Positions 16,453 through 25,245 of a DNA stretch of 64,000 nucleotides are shown one piece after another; within the stretch, counting starts at the first letter, position 1, and every line of letters starts with the position of its first letter. The notes under the pieces were generated by a model, which searched no databases, was not told the origin of the DNA, and saw only the letters and a list, made by a program, of their open reading frames with translations. A program made the position numbers and the translations under genes. The stretch spans positions 138 to 64,137 of the forward strand of contig CAKQGH010000006.1 in NCBI GenBank assembly GCA_934232895.1, given 5' to 3'. Source of the DNA: an uncultured Alphaproteobacteria bacterium (GTDB lineage: Bacteria; Pseudomonadota; Alphaproteobacteria; Rs-D84).

Positions 16453-16925
16453 TATTCGCCCCTTTTGTTTTTACGATTCAATTCGGCAAAATTGATAACA
16501 ACTGGTTTTTGTGCCGCGTGTTTGTGGTCGGCACCCGCATATACATGCAGTTTGGTCAAACGCTGGTTCGCCAACGCAACCGCAGTGCGACGGCCCATCA
16601 TACGTTTCACAGCGTTGAAAACCAACTGTTCTGGTTTTTCTTCGCGCATTTGGCCCAGTGTGCGTTCTTTGGTGCTGCCGGTCCACAGAGAATGCCAAAA
16701 GAATTTGGTTTTGTCCGCTTTTTTACCAGACAATGCAACCTTGTCCGCGTTGATAATGATAACATGGTCGCCGCAATCCATATTTGGTGTCCATGTCGGC
16801 TTGTTTTTACCGCGCAGGATGTTCGCGGTAAATGCCGCCAAACGCCCCAGTGTGCAGTCAGTTGCGTCAATCAGATACCATTTGGCGTCCAATTCGCACT
16901 GTTTTAACGATTTTGTCGCTGCCAT
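16452..16925 (-). CDS. rplM: 50S ribosomal protein L13
   Basis: [48 protein letters not shown]. Its stop overlaps the rpsI start. Confidence 0.95.
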   Translation of the reverse strand: MAATKSLKQCELDAKWYLIDATDCTLGRLAAFTANILRGKNKPTWTPNMDCGDHVIIINADKVALSGKKADKTKFFWHSLWTGSTKERTLGQMREEKPEQLVFNAVKRMMGRRTAVALANQRLTKLHVYAGADHKHAAQKPVVINFAELNRKNKRGE

Positions 16926-16964
16926 TTTATGTTTTCCTTATGGTTTTATAAATTTAGCGTGCGT

Positions 16965-16993
16965 ATTATGACGCAACCCCGCAGGAAAGTCAA
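16965..16993 (-). promoter_or_regulatory. Sigma70-like promoter candidate for rplM-rpsI (TTGACT-17 nt-CATAAT)
   Basis: On the minus strand: TTGACT (16993-16988), 17-nt spacer, CATAAT (16970-16965), about 40 nt upstream of the rplM ATG. Confidence 0.45.
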
Positions 16994-17025
16994 GAAAAAT
17001 CCGTATGGTATTATAATACCGTATA

Positions 17026-17102
17026 CAAAGTTCAAATGAATAAAGTAGTGCGCCGGATGGCGTACACATTATTTGCACTTTGAACTTTGGTATTTGAACT
17101 TT
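17026..17102. repeat. ORF-less hairpin built from AAGTTCA heptamers (solo version of the cassette-2 stem)
   Basis: CAAAGTTCAAA (17026-17036) pairs with TTTGAACTTTG (17079-17089). An inner GCGCC/GGCGT pairing is also possible. An extra TTTGAACTTT copy lies at 17093-17102, abutting the argS stop. Confidence 0.6.
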
Positions 17103-18753
17103 ACATTTCGTTTGGCACACGCAGGCCCATCATATCAATTGTGCGTCCCAATGTGTTGGCGGCAATGCGCACTATGTGCAAACGCGCCGCACGGATTTCG
17201 GGTGCAACATCATCGCGCAGAATTGGGCAATTGTGATAGAACGAATTTATCAACTGGCACAAATCGTACGCATAATTTGCAATCATATCGGTTGCGCGGT
17301 TGTCAAATGCGCCCTGCACTGTGCGTTCAAAATCCAGAATTTCAATCAACAGGTTGCGCTCATCCGTGGTCAATTCGGCCATTTTCGCGTCGCCCGCATC
17401 GCCGGCACGGCGCAAAACAGAATTCAAACGCACGGCGGTGTACAGGATATATGGACCGGTACGGCCCTCGAAACTGGTGATTTGATTTGGGTCAAACACA
17501 TAGTCGGCGCGAACATCGTGGATTAAATCGTTGAATTTCACCGCCGCCAATGCAATTGCATCAATTGTGTCGTCATCCAGCTTTTTATCGGCGGCGGTCA
17601 CGCGTTCGCGTACGGCATCGCGTGCGGTGTCCAAAATATCCAGTAATTCCGCCACCCCACCATCGCGGGTCTTGAACGGTTTGCCGTCGGCGCCGGTCAG
17701 TGCGCCAAAGCCCGTGTGGAATAATTCGGCGTTTGTGATTTCGGCCAGATGCGCCGCACGAAATACCTGTTGAAAATGCAGGTTCTGGCGGGAATCGGTA
17801 AAGTACCCAATAATATCTGGATGGTCGGTATTTGTGCGGTATAAAATAGCCGACAAATCCGCCGCCGCGTATGTTTGGGTGTCGGCACTGGTGCGGAACA
17901 TCAATGGCGGCATTGGCGCGCGGTCATCATCGCGTTTAATGTTCACAATCATTGCGCCATCGTCCATAGTCAACAAATGTTTTGATTCCAAAATTTTCTG
18001 CATTTCTGGGACATACGGTGCAACACCGCGTTCGCCCATTGTTGCATCAAAAGGCAATACATTCAACCGATGCAACACGGTATCCATTTGCGCCAATGAT
18101 ATTTTCATAAACGCGTCATAAATACGTTTGCATTCTGGGTCGCCAGCCTGCAATTTGGCGGTGATTTCCTTGGCATGTGCCATCCAGGCTTCGTCATCTT
18201 TGGCGCGTGCGGTCGACGCCGGATAGATTTTGTTTAATTCGGCGGCGGTGTCTGGCATACCATATTCCATAATCCACGCGATAATCAGCCCCATCGGACG
18301 GCCCCAATCGCCAATATGGTTATAGCTTTTTGTTGTATGCCCCAATGATTTCGCAATGCGGTTAAATGTATCGCCCACGATTGTCGTGCGCAGGTGCCCA
18401 ATGTGTAATGCCTTGCCCACATTGTAGCCGCCGTAATCTAAATCGATTTTCATTGTTTTTTCGGCATGTGGATTTTGTGGTTGTTGGGCGGCGTCCCACA
18501 AAAATTCATCGCGCAATTTAATGTTGATAAATCCCGGGCCGGCGATTGATACATCGGCAACAAAATCCAATTCGCGCAGACGCGGTAATAATTCGCCCGC
18601 CAATTCGCGTGGGTTTTTGCCGGCACTTTTCGCCATAACCATGGCGGCATTTGTGGCAAAATCGCCAAATTCGCGGTTGCGTGGCACATCCAGTTTAACC
18701 GCCACGCCCAGTTTGTCGTTTATCGCATCTGATACATATTTATACAAATTCAT
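17101..18753 (-). CDS. argS: Arginine--tRNA ligase
   Basis: 550 aa. N-terminal Arg_tRNA_synt_N-like region, HIGH-type motif (LHIGHLR) and a DALR anticodon-binding C-terminus ending ...GLRVPNEM. Confidence 0.9.
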   Translation of the reverse strand: MNLYKYVSDAINDKLGVAVKLDVPRNREFGDFATNAAMVMAKSAGKNPRELAGELLPRLRELDFVADVSIAGPGFINIKLRDEFLWDAAQQPQNPHAEKTMKIDLDYGGYNVGKALHIGHLRTTIVGDTFNRIAKSLGHTTKSYNHIGDWGRPMGLIIAWIMEYGMPDTAAELNKIYPASTARAKDDEAWMAHAKEITAKLQAGDPECKRIYDAFMKISLAQMDTVLHRLNVLPFDATMGERGVAPYVPEMQKILESKHLLTMDDGAMIVNIKRDDDRAPMPPLMFRTSADTQTYAAADLSAILYRTNTDHPDIIGYFTDSRQNLHFQQVFRAAHLAEITNAELFHTGFGALTGADGKPFKTRDGGVAELLDILDTARDAVRERVTAADKKLDDDTIDAIALAAVKFNDLIHDVRADYVFDPNQITSFEGRTGPYILYTAVRLNSVLRRAGDAGDAKMAELTTDERNLLIEILDFERTVQGAFDNRATDMIANYAYDLCQLINSFYHNCPILRDDVAPEIRAARLHIVRIAANTLGRTIDMMGLRVPNEM

Positions 18754-18784
18754 TTTTCATACCTGTCGTAAAAAAGTGTTGATA

Positions 18785-20065
18785 TTATATTGGCAATACA
18801 ACGCGAACGCGCAGACCGCCCAAATCGCTGTTTTCCAAGAACATTTGGCCACCGTGGTTTTCAATTGCGGTTTGTGCAATTGATAACCCCAGCCCTGTTC
18901 CGCCGGTGTCGCGACCGCGCGCATTATCCAGGCGCACAAACGGACGCATGGCATCGCGTTTTTTATCATCTGGAATGCCGGGACCGTCATCTTCGATAAT
19001 AACCTCTACCTGGTCGGCGGTGTCGATTTCCGATATTTTAATGGTCTTGTTCGCAAAACGTGCGGCGTTTTCAATAATGTTGCCAAACGCGCGCGCCAAC
19101 GCCATTGGACGGGCATAGAATTGCGCCGGTGCATCCGGGAATGATGTTTCTATGTTTTTATCCGGAGCCGCGTCGCGTGCGGTGCGTACCAGCATTGCCG
19201 GCAATTCGGTTGCCTGTTCAATTTCGGGCATTTCGCCGCGTGCAAATGCCAAATATCCGTTGACCATTTCAGACATACGATCAATGTCGCGGATTAATTC
19301 GTCATTCGTGGCACTGCCCGTTTCAACGGCCAGACGCATACGCGTCAATGGTGCCTTTAAATCATGGCTGACCGCGTTCAGCATATCGGTACGGGTGCGG
19401 TTATAACGGTCCAGACGCTCTTTCATTGTAATCATAGCGCTGGCGGCCTCGCGTATTTCGTACGAGCCCGATGGTTTGAATCCCGGCGCATCCAGACCAC
19501 GACCAAAACGCGATGCGGCGCGCGCAATGTGGCGTATGCTGCGCGTGTGCAGAATTATGAACGGCGAAATCAACAGCAGTACAATCAAGAACGATCCGAA
19601 CAGCCAGATAATAAATACCTCGGTGCTGGTGGAATATACGCGATACAACGATGTTCCAAATGTTGCAATTTGGTTGTCGCGTGTGGGAACATCGATAAAT
19701 ATCAGGCGCTTGCCTTTGTCAATATAAATACTGGCCGGGCGGTTCAGGCGCGCCGACAATTCGCCGGCCAGATGTCCGGCCTCGCGCGATTTATTGTCGT
19801 TTTTGCTGGGACGGTTCAGATGCGGATTCACCGAAACATTTATACCGATACTGCGTGCCATGGAATTCAACGCGTCGGAGTTGCCATCGTCCATAAAATT
19901 CATCATGGTGGTTATTTCGCCGGCCAAACTGCGCGCCAATGTTGAATGCACGCGATCCCAGTGATTGCCAAAAAAGACATTAGCAACAATAATTTGGGCC
20001 ACAATCAATGGAATAACAATCATTAAAATGGTCCGCCATAAAAAACTGCGTGGAATCAATCTCAT
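18785..20065 (-). CDS. Two-component sensor histidine kinase (EnvZ-like: 2 TM, HAMP, HisKA, HATPase_c)
   Basis: H-box VSHDLKAPLTRM, N-box NIIENAARF, G-boxes DDGPGIP and GGTGLGLSIA. Confidence 0.9.
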   Translation of the reverse strand: MRLIPRSFLWRTILMIVIPLIVAQIIVANVFFGNHWDRVHSTLARSLAGEITTMMNFMDDGNSDALNSMARSIGINVSVNPHLNRPSKNDNKSREAGHLAGELSARLNRPASIYIDKGKRLIFIDVPTRDNQIATFGTSLYRVYSTSTEVFIIWLFGSFLIVLLLISPFIILHTRSIRHIARAASRFGRGLDAPGFKPSGSYEIREAASAMITMKERLDRYNRTRTDMLNAVSHDLKAPLTRMRLAVETGSATNDELIRDIDRMSEMVNGYLAFARGEMPEIEQATELPAMLVRTARDAAPDKNIETSFPDAPAQFYARPMALARAFGNIIENAARFANKTIKISEIDTADQVEVIIEDDGPGIPDDKKRDAMRPFVRLDNARGRDTGGTGLGLSIAQTAIENHGGQMFLENSDLGGLRVRVVLPI

Positions 20066-20727
20066 GCTTGGTCCTTGTTGTTGGTTATGTTCGCGTTCGC
20101 CGATACCAGTTTATATCCGCGGCCCCGAACGGTTATTATATCCAGGTTTGATAATACACTATTTAATTTTGTGCGCAAGCGTTTTGCAACCATTGGTGAT
20201 GACGCGGGTGCAATGTTGCCCATGGGGCGCGTCAGACGGCGCAGTAATTTTTTCTCTTCGCCCGACAGCCCCAGCAATTGTGGCGTGTTGCCGTCGCCGG
20301 TAATATAAAATTCGTCATCGGCAAACATTAAACCATCGGGTAATTCGGCGTCTGGGGGGGCGATGCGCGTGCGGATAATATTCCCCAAACGCAGGACCAA
20401 TTCGCGTAATTGAAACGGTTTTTCCAAATAGTCGTTTGCGCCGCCCGCCAGGCCATCAATAGTATTTTCGGCCCCGGTCATCGCGGTCAGCATTATAACC
20501 GGTGTTTGGTCGCCCCCGTCGCGCAATTTTTTCAGAAATGTCAATCCATCCATTCCGGTCATCATACGGTCCAGAACAATTGCGTCAACCGTGACGCGCG
20601 CCAACACGTCCGCCCCAGATTCCGCAGAATCAGCCGCCAAAACATTAAAATCGTTATTTTGCAACCCACGCGTCAATGTGTGACGCAACATATCATCGTC
20701 ATCAATAATCAGAACGGTTTTGTTCAT
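20062..20727 (-). CDS. OmpR-family response regulator
   Basis: Receiver domain (LIIDDDD...DAIVLDRMMTGMDG...YLEKPF) plus a winged-helix C-terminus (ITVRGRGYKL). 4-nt overlap with the kinase gene. Confidence 0.9.
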   Translation of the reverse strand: MNKTVLIIDDDDMLRHTLTRGLQNNDFNVLAADSAESGADVLARVTVDAIVLDRMMTGMDGLTFLKKLRDGGDQTPVIMLTAMTGAENTIDGLAGGANDYLEKPFQLRELVLRLGNIIRTRIAPPDAELPDGLMFADDEFYITGDGNTPQLLGLSGEEKKLLRRLTRPMGNIAPASSPMVAKRLRTKLNSVLSNLDIITVRGRGYKLVSANANITNNKDQA

Positions 20728-20742
20728 CTGTTCCCATCACAA

Positions 20743-21678
20743 TCACTTTTTCATCGGTTCAACGGCGTATTCGCCCGGCTGAATTGTGCGCATGCGGTTG
20801 TTTGCCCCGGCCATATCTTCTTCGTCATATACGGCGGCGCGGAATTGCATGCCATTGGTTGTAAATTCGGTTTTGAACAACGCGTATCCTGTGCCACCAC
20901 CGGTGGTTGGCCCCTGCATCCCCAGGGAATAATATCCGCCCAAAATGCCATAGTCCAAATCAATGTAATCGATGCTGACCAACAATGATATATTGGACAG
21001 ACCGTCACTGGTCATATTGCATGAAAATTCACGGTTAGACAATGTTGCCTGGGAATTGATTGGCACCATAATATCCATAACGGTTGGCTCGCACTTACGA
21101 TCAATTCCGTTTACCAAAAATTCGTATGTCATACCAACGGTTGCCTTGGACAGACCGGTTGAAACATTTACCTGGGAAATGGTGGCTTTGGGTATTTTGA
21201 CCAATGCGTTGGCAATACCACTGCGAACCGGGAAAGAAATGCCCGATTGCAGGCAATCACGCGAAAACGGGTCGGCTTCACATATATACAGGCGCGAATG
21301 TGCGTTCATCATAAACATATTGGCCAGACTGTTGAACAAAAATGTGCGCGTGATTTTTTCATTCAGGCGTGTGCATCCGAAATTACGGCAAATAATCATT
21401 GGGCGGTCGGCAAAGATTACACCCGGATGGGCTTGTTCCTCGGCCGCGCGGGCATCGATGATGTTCTGGTCATAATCCAAACTGTCGGCGCGTTCCATAA
21501 ATTCGGTTTCCGGAATAAAGTTCGGATCATCTGGATATGCATAGTACGATTGCACCGGTGTTTCGGTGTAAATAGTCTGGAAATCGTCATACACGATTTC
21601 GGTGTCGTATGCGTCCTGGGCGTATGCCACAACCGCAAATACAGATGCAATTGCCGCGGTTAAAATAAACTTCGCCAT
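20743..21678 (-). CDS. Secreted hypothetical protein (311 aa)
   Basis: Signal peptide MAKFILTAAIASVFAVVAYA. It sits 15 nt upstream of the response regulator gene on the same strand. Confidence 0.75.
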   Translation of the reverse strand: MAKFILTAAIASVFAVVAYAQDAYDTEIVYDDFQTIYTETPVQSYYAYPDDPNFIPETEFMERADSLDYDQNIIDARAAEEQAHPGVIFADRPMIICRNFGCTRLNEKITRTFLFNSLANMFMMNAHSRLYICEADPFSRDCLQSGISFPVRSGIANALVKIPKATISQVNVSTGLSKATVGMTYEFLVNGIDRKCEPTVMDIMVPINSQATLSNREFSCNMTSDGLSNISLLVSIDYIDLDYGILGGYYSLGMQGPTTGGGTGYALFKTEFTTNGMQFRAAVYDEEDMAGANNRMRTIQPGEYAVEPMKK

Positions 21679-21821
21679 ATCAAAGCCTTTCGTTCTTTCT
21701 GTTAAATCTTAGAACATTCGGGGGCGGCGTGTCAAAGCAAAAATATTTTTATTGAAAATTGGTGTGCGTTTGTTCTATAAATTATGCGTAATATAAATAT
21801 TAGTCAAAGGAAGGTGTTATT

Positions 21822-22481
21822 ATGGTCGATGTTATAATTGCCGGTGAATCTGGCAAATTACATGCGGTTTATCATAAATCTGTTATACCGTCGGCGCCGC
21901 TGGCGGTGGTGTTGTCTGGTAATCCGCGCCAGAAATATCACATGAACGACCGTGTGTCGTATGCAATGTTTCGTGCGTTTATGGATGCCGGTTTTTCGGT
22001 TGTGCGTTTTAATTATCGCGGCGTAAATGATTCCGAGGGCGCAATTGGCACCACCGCGGACAATATGCTGGACATTGCAACCGTGATTGATTGGATTCAG
22101 AATAAAAACGAAGACAGCGATAAAATCTGGTTGGCGGGGCACCAATTGGGCGCCTGGTATGTGTTACAGGCAATGATGCGTCGTCCCGAGGTTTCGGGTT
22201 TTGCGCTGGTGTCACCGGATGCATCTATTTCTGATTTCGCGTTTTTGTCCCCGCGTCCGAACCGTGGCTTGTTATTACAGGGGGCGGCGGAATCTGATGA
22301 TGCGCGCGCGTTTGCGGCGCACCTGACCCAGGTGTTGAAAAAACAGGCACAAATTGACCTGGAAACAATCCGCGTGAAAAATGCCGATGCAAATTATTCC
22401 ACACCGGCCGACCTGCGCCAGATGTATAATGATTTGAAGGCATACGTTGGTCGTGAAAATTCCGAAGACAAGTTGTTGTAA
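21822..22481 (+). CDS. COG2945-type alpha/beta-fold protein with the nucleophile Ser replaced (GHQLG instead of GFSFG)
   Basis: GKLHAVYH...VVLSGNPRQKYHMNDRVSYAMFRAFMDAGFSVVRFNYRGVNDSEG...IWLAGHQLGAWYVLQAMMRRPEVSGFALVSP is colinear with the family as I recall it (xWLAGFSFGAW). Confidence 0.7.
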   Translation: MVDVIIAGESGKLHAVYHKSVIPSAPLAVVLSGNPRQKYHMNDRVSYAMFRAFMDAGFSVVRFNYRGVNDSEGAIGTTADNMLDIATVIDWIQNKNEDSDKIWLAGHQLGAWYVLQAMMRRPEVSGFALVSPDASISDFAFLSPRPNRGLLLQGAAESDDARAFAAHLTQVLKKQAQIDLETIRVKNADANYSTPADLRQMYNDLKAYVGRENSEDKLL

Positions 22482-22484
22482 ACC

Positions 22485-23477
22485 ATGCAAGCAAATACTG
22501 AACGATTTTTGGACCCAAATATCCCAGACGAAATGGCGGCGTCTATCCGTCCGCATGCGTTGTCGGATTTTATTGGACATGATGCCCTGAAACAAAACCT
22601 GTCGGTGTTTATCAATGGCGCAAAATCGCGGGGCGAGGCAATGGACCATGTTCTGTTATACGGTCCCCCGGGATTGGGTAAAACAACACTGGCGCACATT
22701 GTGGCGAATGAATTGGGTACGAATTTTCGCGCTACATCGGCCCCAATGTTGACCAAACAAGGCGACCTGGCGGCGATTTTGACCGCATTGGAACCGATGG
22801 ATGTGTTGTTTATTGATGAAATTCACCGTTTGCCAACCGCCATTGAAGAGGTTTTATATTCCGCAATGGAGGATTTCAAGCTGGACATTATGCTGGGCGA
22901 AGGCCCGTCGGCCAAAAGTGTTCGCATTGACCTGCCCCCGTTTACATTGGTTGGGGCGACGACGCGCACGGGGTTGTTGTCGAACCCATTGCGTGACCGT
23001 TTTGGAATTGATTTGCGGTTGACTTTTTATTCGCCGGACGATTTGGCAAAAATTATTGTGCGCAGTGCGAATATATTGGGTACACCAATCGATGCCGATG
23101 CGGCATTGACACTGGCGCGCAGTGCGCGTGGCACACCCCGTATTGCGAACCGATTGCTGAAACGCGCGCGTGATTTTGCGGGTGCACTGGGGCGTGATGA
23201 AATTTCGCCCGACACAATTAAAACCACCCTGTTTCAATTGCATATTGACGGGTGCGGGTTGGACGAAATAGACCGTGAATATATGACGACCATTGTTCGG
23301 CACTATGCGGGTGGCCCGGTTGGTATTGAAAACCTGGCGGCGGCATTGTCGGAACCGGCGGACACTATCGAAGATGTGATTGAACCGTATCTGATGCAAA
23401 TGGGCTTTGTCCAGCGTACGCCGCGCGGCCGCGTTATTACGGATGCGGGGTATAAACACCTGGGGTTGGAGAAATAA
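22485..23477 (+). CDS. ruvB: Holliday junction DNA helicase RuvB
   Basis: Walker [10 protein letters not shown], Walker [10 protein letters not shown], sensor and winged-helix regions. 330 aa. Confidence 0.95.
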   Translation: MQANTERFLDPNIPDEMAASIRPHALSDFIGHDALKQNLSVFINGAKSRGEAMDHVLLYGPPGLGKTTLAHIVANELGTNFRATSAPMLTKQGDLAAILTALEPMDVLFIDEIHRLPTAIEEVLYSAMEDFKLDIMLGEGPSAKSVRIDLPPFTLVGATTRTGLLSNPLRDRFGIDLRLTFYSPDDLAKIIVRSANILGTPIDADAALTLARSARGTPRIANRLLKRARDFAGALGRDEISPDTIKTTLFQLHIDGCGLDEIDREYMTTIVRHYAGGPVGIENLAAALSEPADTIEDVIEPYLMQMGFVQRTPRGRVITDAGYKHLGLEK

Positions 23478-23481
23478 TCCT

Positions 23482-23865
23482 ATGTCAAACATTCATAAAT
23501 TTCCGTTCGCCATTGCATACGCGGACACGGATGCGGGCGGGATTGTATATCACGGCCGGTATATCGAAATTGCCGAGCGTGCGCGTATGAATTGGCTGCA
23601 CGGCATGGCGGCGACCGACGGCGATGTGGGCTTTGTTATTCGTGAATTGAACATTAAATATATTCGGCCATTGAAATTGGGCGATGAAATTATGGTTGAA
23701 TCCACCGTCACGCATGTGGGTGCGGCGTCACTGTCGCTGGAACAAAAGTTCGTGCGTGATGGGGAAATTTATGCTATACTGAATGGGACGGCGGCATACA
23801 TTGGTGGCGATATGCACCCAAAACGCATTCCCAACCAGATTTTGCAGAAAATAACCGCAGAATAG
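23482..23865 (+). CDS. ybgC: Tol-Pal-associated acyl-CoA thioesterase (YbgC, 4HBT fold)
   Basis: Start at MSNIHKFPFAIAYADTDAGGIVYHGRYIEIAERAR. The YxDTDxxGxVYHxxY motif is present, and the gene lies between ruvB and tolQ. Confidence 0.85.
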   Translation: MSNIHKFPFAIAYADTDAGGIVYHGRYIEIAERARMNWLHGMAATDGDVGFVIRELNIKYIRPLKLGDEIMVESTVTHVGAASLSLEQKFVRDGEIYAILNGTAAYIGGDMHPKRIPNQILQKITAE

Positions 23866-23890
23866 TAAAAAAATATAAAGGAAAGGAAAA

Positions 23891-24391
23891 ATGGAAACAA
23901 CAAGCAGTTTTTCGCTGGCAAACCTGTTTACGGGCGATTTGATGACATTGTTTATATCGGTCGTTCTGGTGATTGGCAGCATTATGTCGTGGGCAATTAT
24001 TATCGAAAAAATCCGCATGTGGCACTATGCGAAAAAGAACCCGGTTAAAATTAAGCCGACCGACAATCTGGATTTGATTGTTGACCGCTTGACGCGACCG
24101 TTCGAGCGGAATCTGTGGTTTTTGTCCATGGTGTCGTATGTTGCGCCGTTTATCGGTCTGTTTGGCACAATTTGGGGCGTTATGGATTCGTTTTCGTCAA
24201 TTGGTGTGAACCAGTCTGTATCCATTGGCGTTGTTGCACCGGGTTTGGCAACCGCATTGGGTACAACGGCATTGGGGCTGATTGCGGCGGTTCCGGCGGC
24301 GATTGCATATCAATATTTTATTAAAAAGGTCGACACCCTGTACGACGATTTGGATGACGCGCGCCGTGAAATGCGGACCGCACGCAAATAA
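23891..24391 (+). CDS. tolQ: TolQ (MotA/TolQ/ExbB proton-channel family), short 166-aa form
   Basis: Three TM segments. APFIGLFGTIWGVMDSF and GLATALGTTALGLIAAVPAAIAYQYF are the family signatures. Confidence 0.85.
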   Translation: METTSSFSLANLFTGDLMTLFISVVLVIGSIMSWAIIIEKIRMWHYAKKNPVKIKPTDNLDLIVDRLTRPFERNLWFLSMVSYVAPFIGLFGTIWGVMDSFSSIGVNQSVSIGVVAPGLATALGTTALGLIAAVPAAIAYQYFIKKVDTLYDDLDDARREMRTARK

Positions 24392-24402
24392 AGGAAATTG
24401 CC

Positions 24403-24804
24403 ATGTCGCGCAGAAGACAAAGAAATTCAGACGCCGCAATTTCGTTGACGCCAATGATTGACATTATGACGGTGCTGTTGGCGGTGTTTATGGTGACCAC
24501 GCCGATGATGACCACGGGCATTGATTTGGATTTGCCGAATGCCGGGCACACTACATTGACCGGGAATGACCACGCGATTCAAGTCAGTGTTGATGCATCG
24601 GGGCGGTACTATATTGGCGAAATGCAAATGTCCCGGGACGAAGTGGTCAAACGCGCAATTGCTATGCGCGGCGAAAACCCCCAGTTGACCATTATGATAA
24701 ATGGTGACCGTCACGCGGATTATGGCGCGGTAATGTCGGTTATGGGCAAATTAAAGGACGCCGGTTTTCAGCGCGTTGGTCTGCGCACCCAGTTGGATAA
24801 ATAA
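24403..24804 (+). CDS. tolR: TolR (ExbD/TolR family)
   Basis: ISLTPMIDIMTVLLAVFMVTTP with the conserved Asp in the TM helix. 133 aa. Confidence 0.85.
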   Translation: MSRRRQRNSDAAISLTPMIDIMTVLLAVFMVTTPMMTTGIDLDLPNAGHTTLTGNDHAIQVSVDASGRYYIGEMQMSRDEVVKRAIAMRGENPQLTIMINGDRHADYGAVMSVMGKLKDAGFQRVGLRTQLDK

Positions 24805-24834
24805 AAGTTCAAAGTTCAGAGTTCAAAGTTCAAA
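24803..24834. repeat. Inverted-repeat arm (AAGTTCA heptamer array) of four-helix-bundle cassette 2
   Basis: 24804-24830 AAAGTTCAAAGTTCAGAGTTCAAAGTT is the perfect reverse complement of 25209-25235 (27 bp). Confidence 0.9.
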
Positions 24835-24846
24835 CGGGGGACACCG

Positions 24847-25230
24847 ATGAAAAACAATGTAGCAATGAAGAAAAGTGAAGCGTTTGCACTGAGAGTGATA
24901 AAATTATATAATCATCTGACGGAAATTAAAAAGGAGTATGTGTTATCAAAACAAATTTTGCGGTCTGGTACAAGTATTGGTGCAAATTTGGCCGAGGCGG
25001 AGTGTGCAATAACTAAAAAAGATTTTTTGGCCAAGGTCTATATAGCGCTGAAAGAATGTGCAGAAACCCAATATTGGTTGCGTCTGTTGAAAAATTCAAA
25101 ATATTTGACCGCAACAGAATATGCTAGCGTGTACAAGGATTGTAATGAAATTACAAGGATTTTGATGGCAACAACAAAAACAATAAATTTCAGGGATTCC
25201 GAGGACAAAACTTTGAACTCTGAACTTTGA
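24847..25230 (+). CDS. Four-helix-bundle protein (23S rRNA intervening-sequence protein / Avd-like family), 127 aa
   Basis: MKKSEAFALRVIKLYNHL...ILRSGTSIGANLAEAECAITKKDFLAKVYIALKECAETQYWLRLL. It has its own SD (GGGGGA) inside the loop. The last 22 nt lie in the 3' stem arm. Confidence 0.85.
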   Translation: MKNNVAMKKSEAFALRVIKLYNHLTEIKKEYVLSKQILRSGTSIGANLAEAECAITKKDFLAKVYIALKECAETQYWLRLLKNSKYLTATEYASVYKDCNEITRILMATTKTINFRDSEDKTLNSEL

Positions 25231-25242
25231 ACTTTGAACTTT
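25207..25242. repeat. Inverted-repeat arm (TTTGAAC heptamer array) of cassette 2
   Basis: 25209-25235 AACTTTGAACTCTGAACTTTGAACTTT pairs with 24804-24830. It ends 4 nt before the tolA ATG. Confidence 0.9.
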
Positions 25243-25245
25243 ATT

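Noticed and set aside
15865-16971. 368-aa plus-strand ORF
   Set aside because: It lies antisense to the unambiguous rpsI and rplM genes, is Cys/Phe/Arg-rich and has no recognisable motif.
24847-25230. Diversity-generating retroelement (the four-helix-bundle proteins are Avd-like and the giant genes contain near-identical repeat pairs that could be TR/VR)
   Set aside because: No reverse transcriptase gene is in the window. The mismatches between the near-identical pairs I compared (46239-46716 vs 63523-64000; 57555-57881 vs 58740-59066) are not restricted to adenine positions. The Avd-like genes are 20-40 kb from those pairs.
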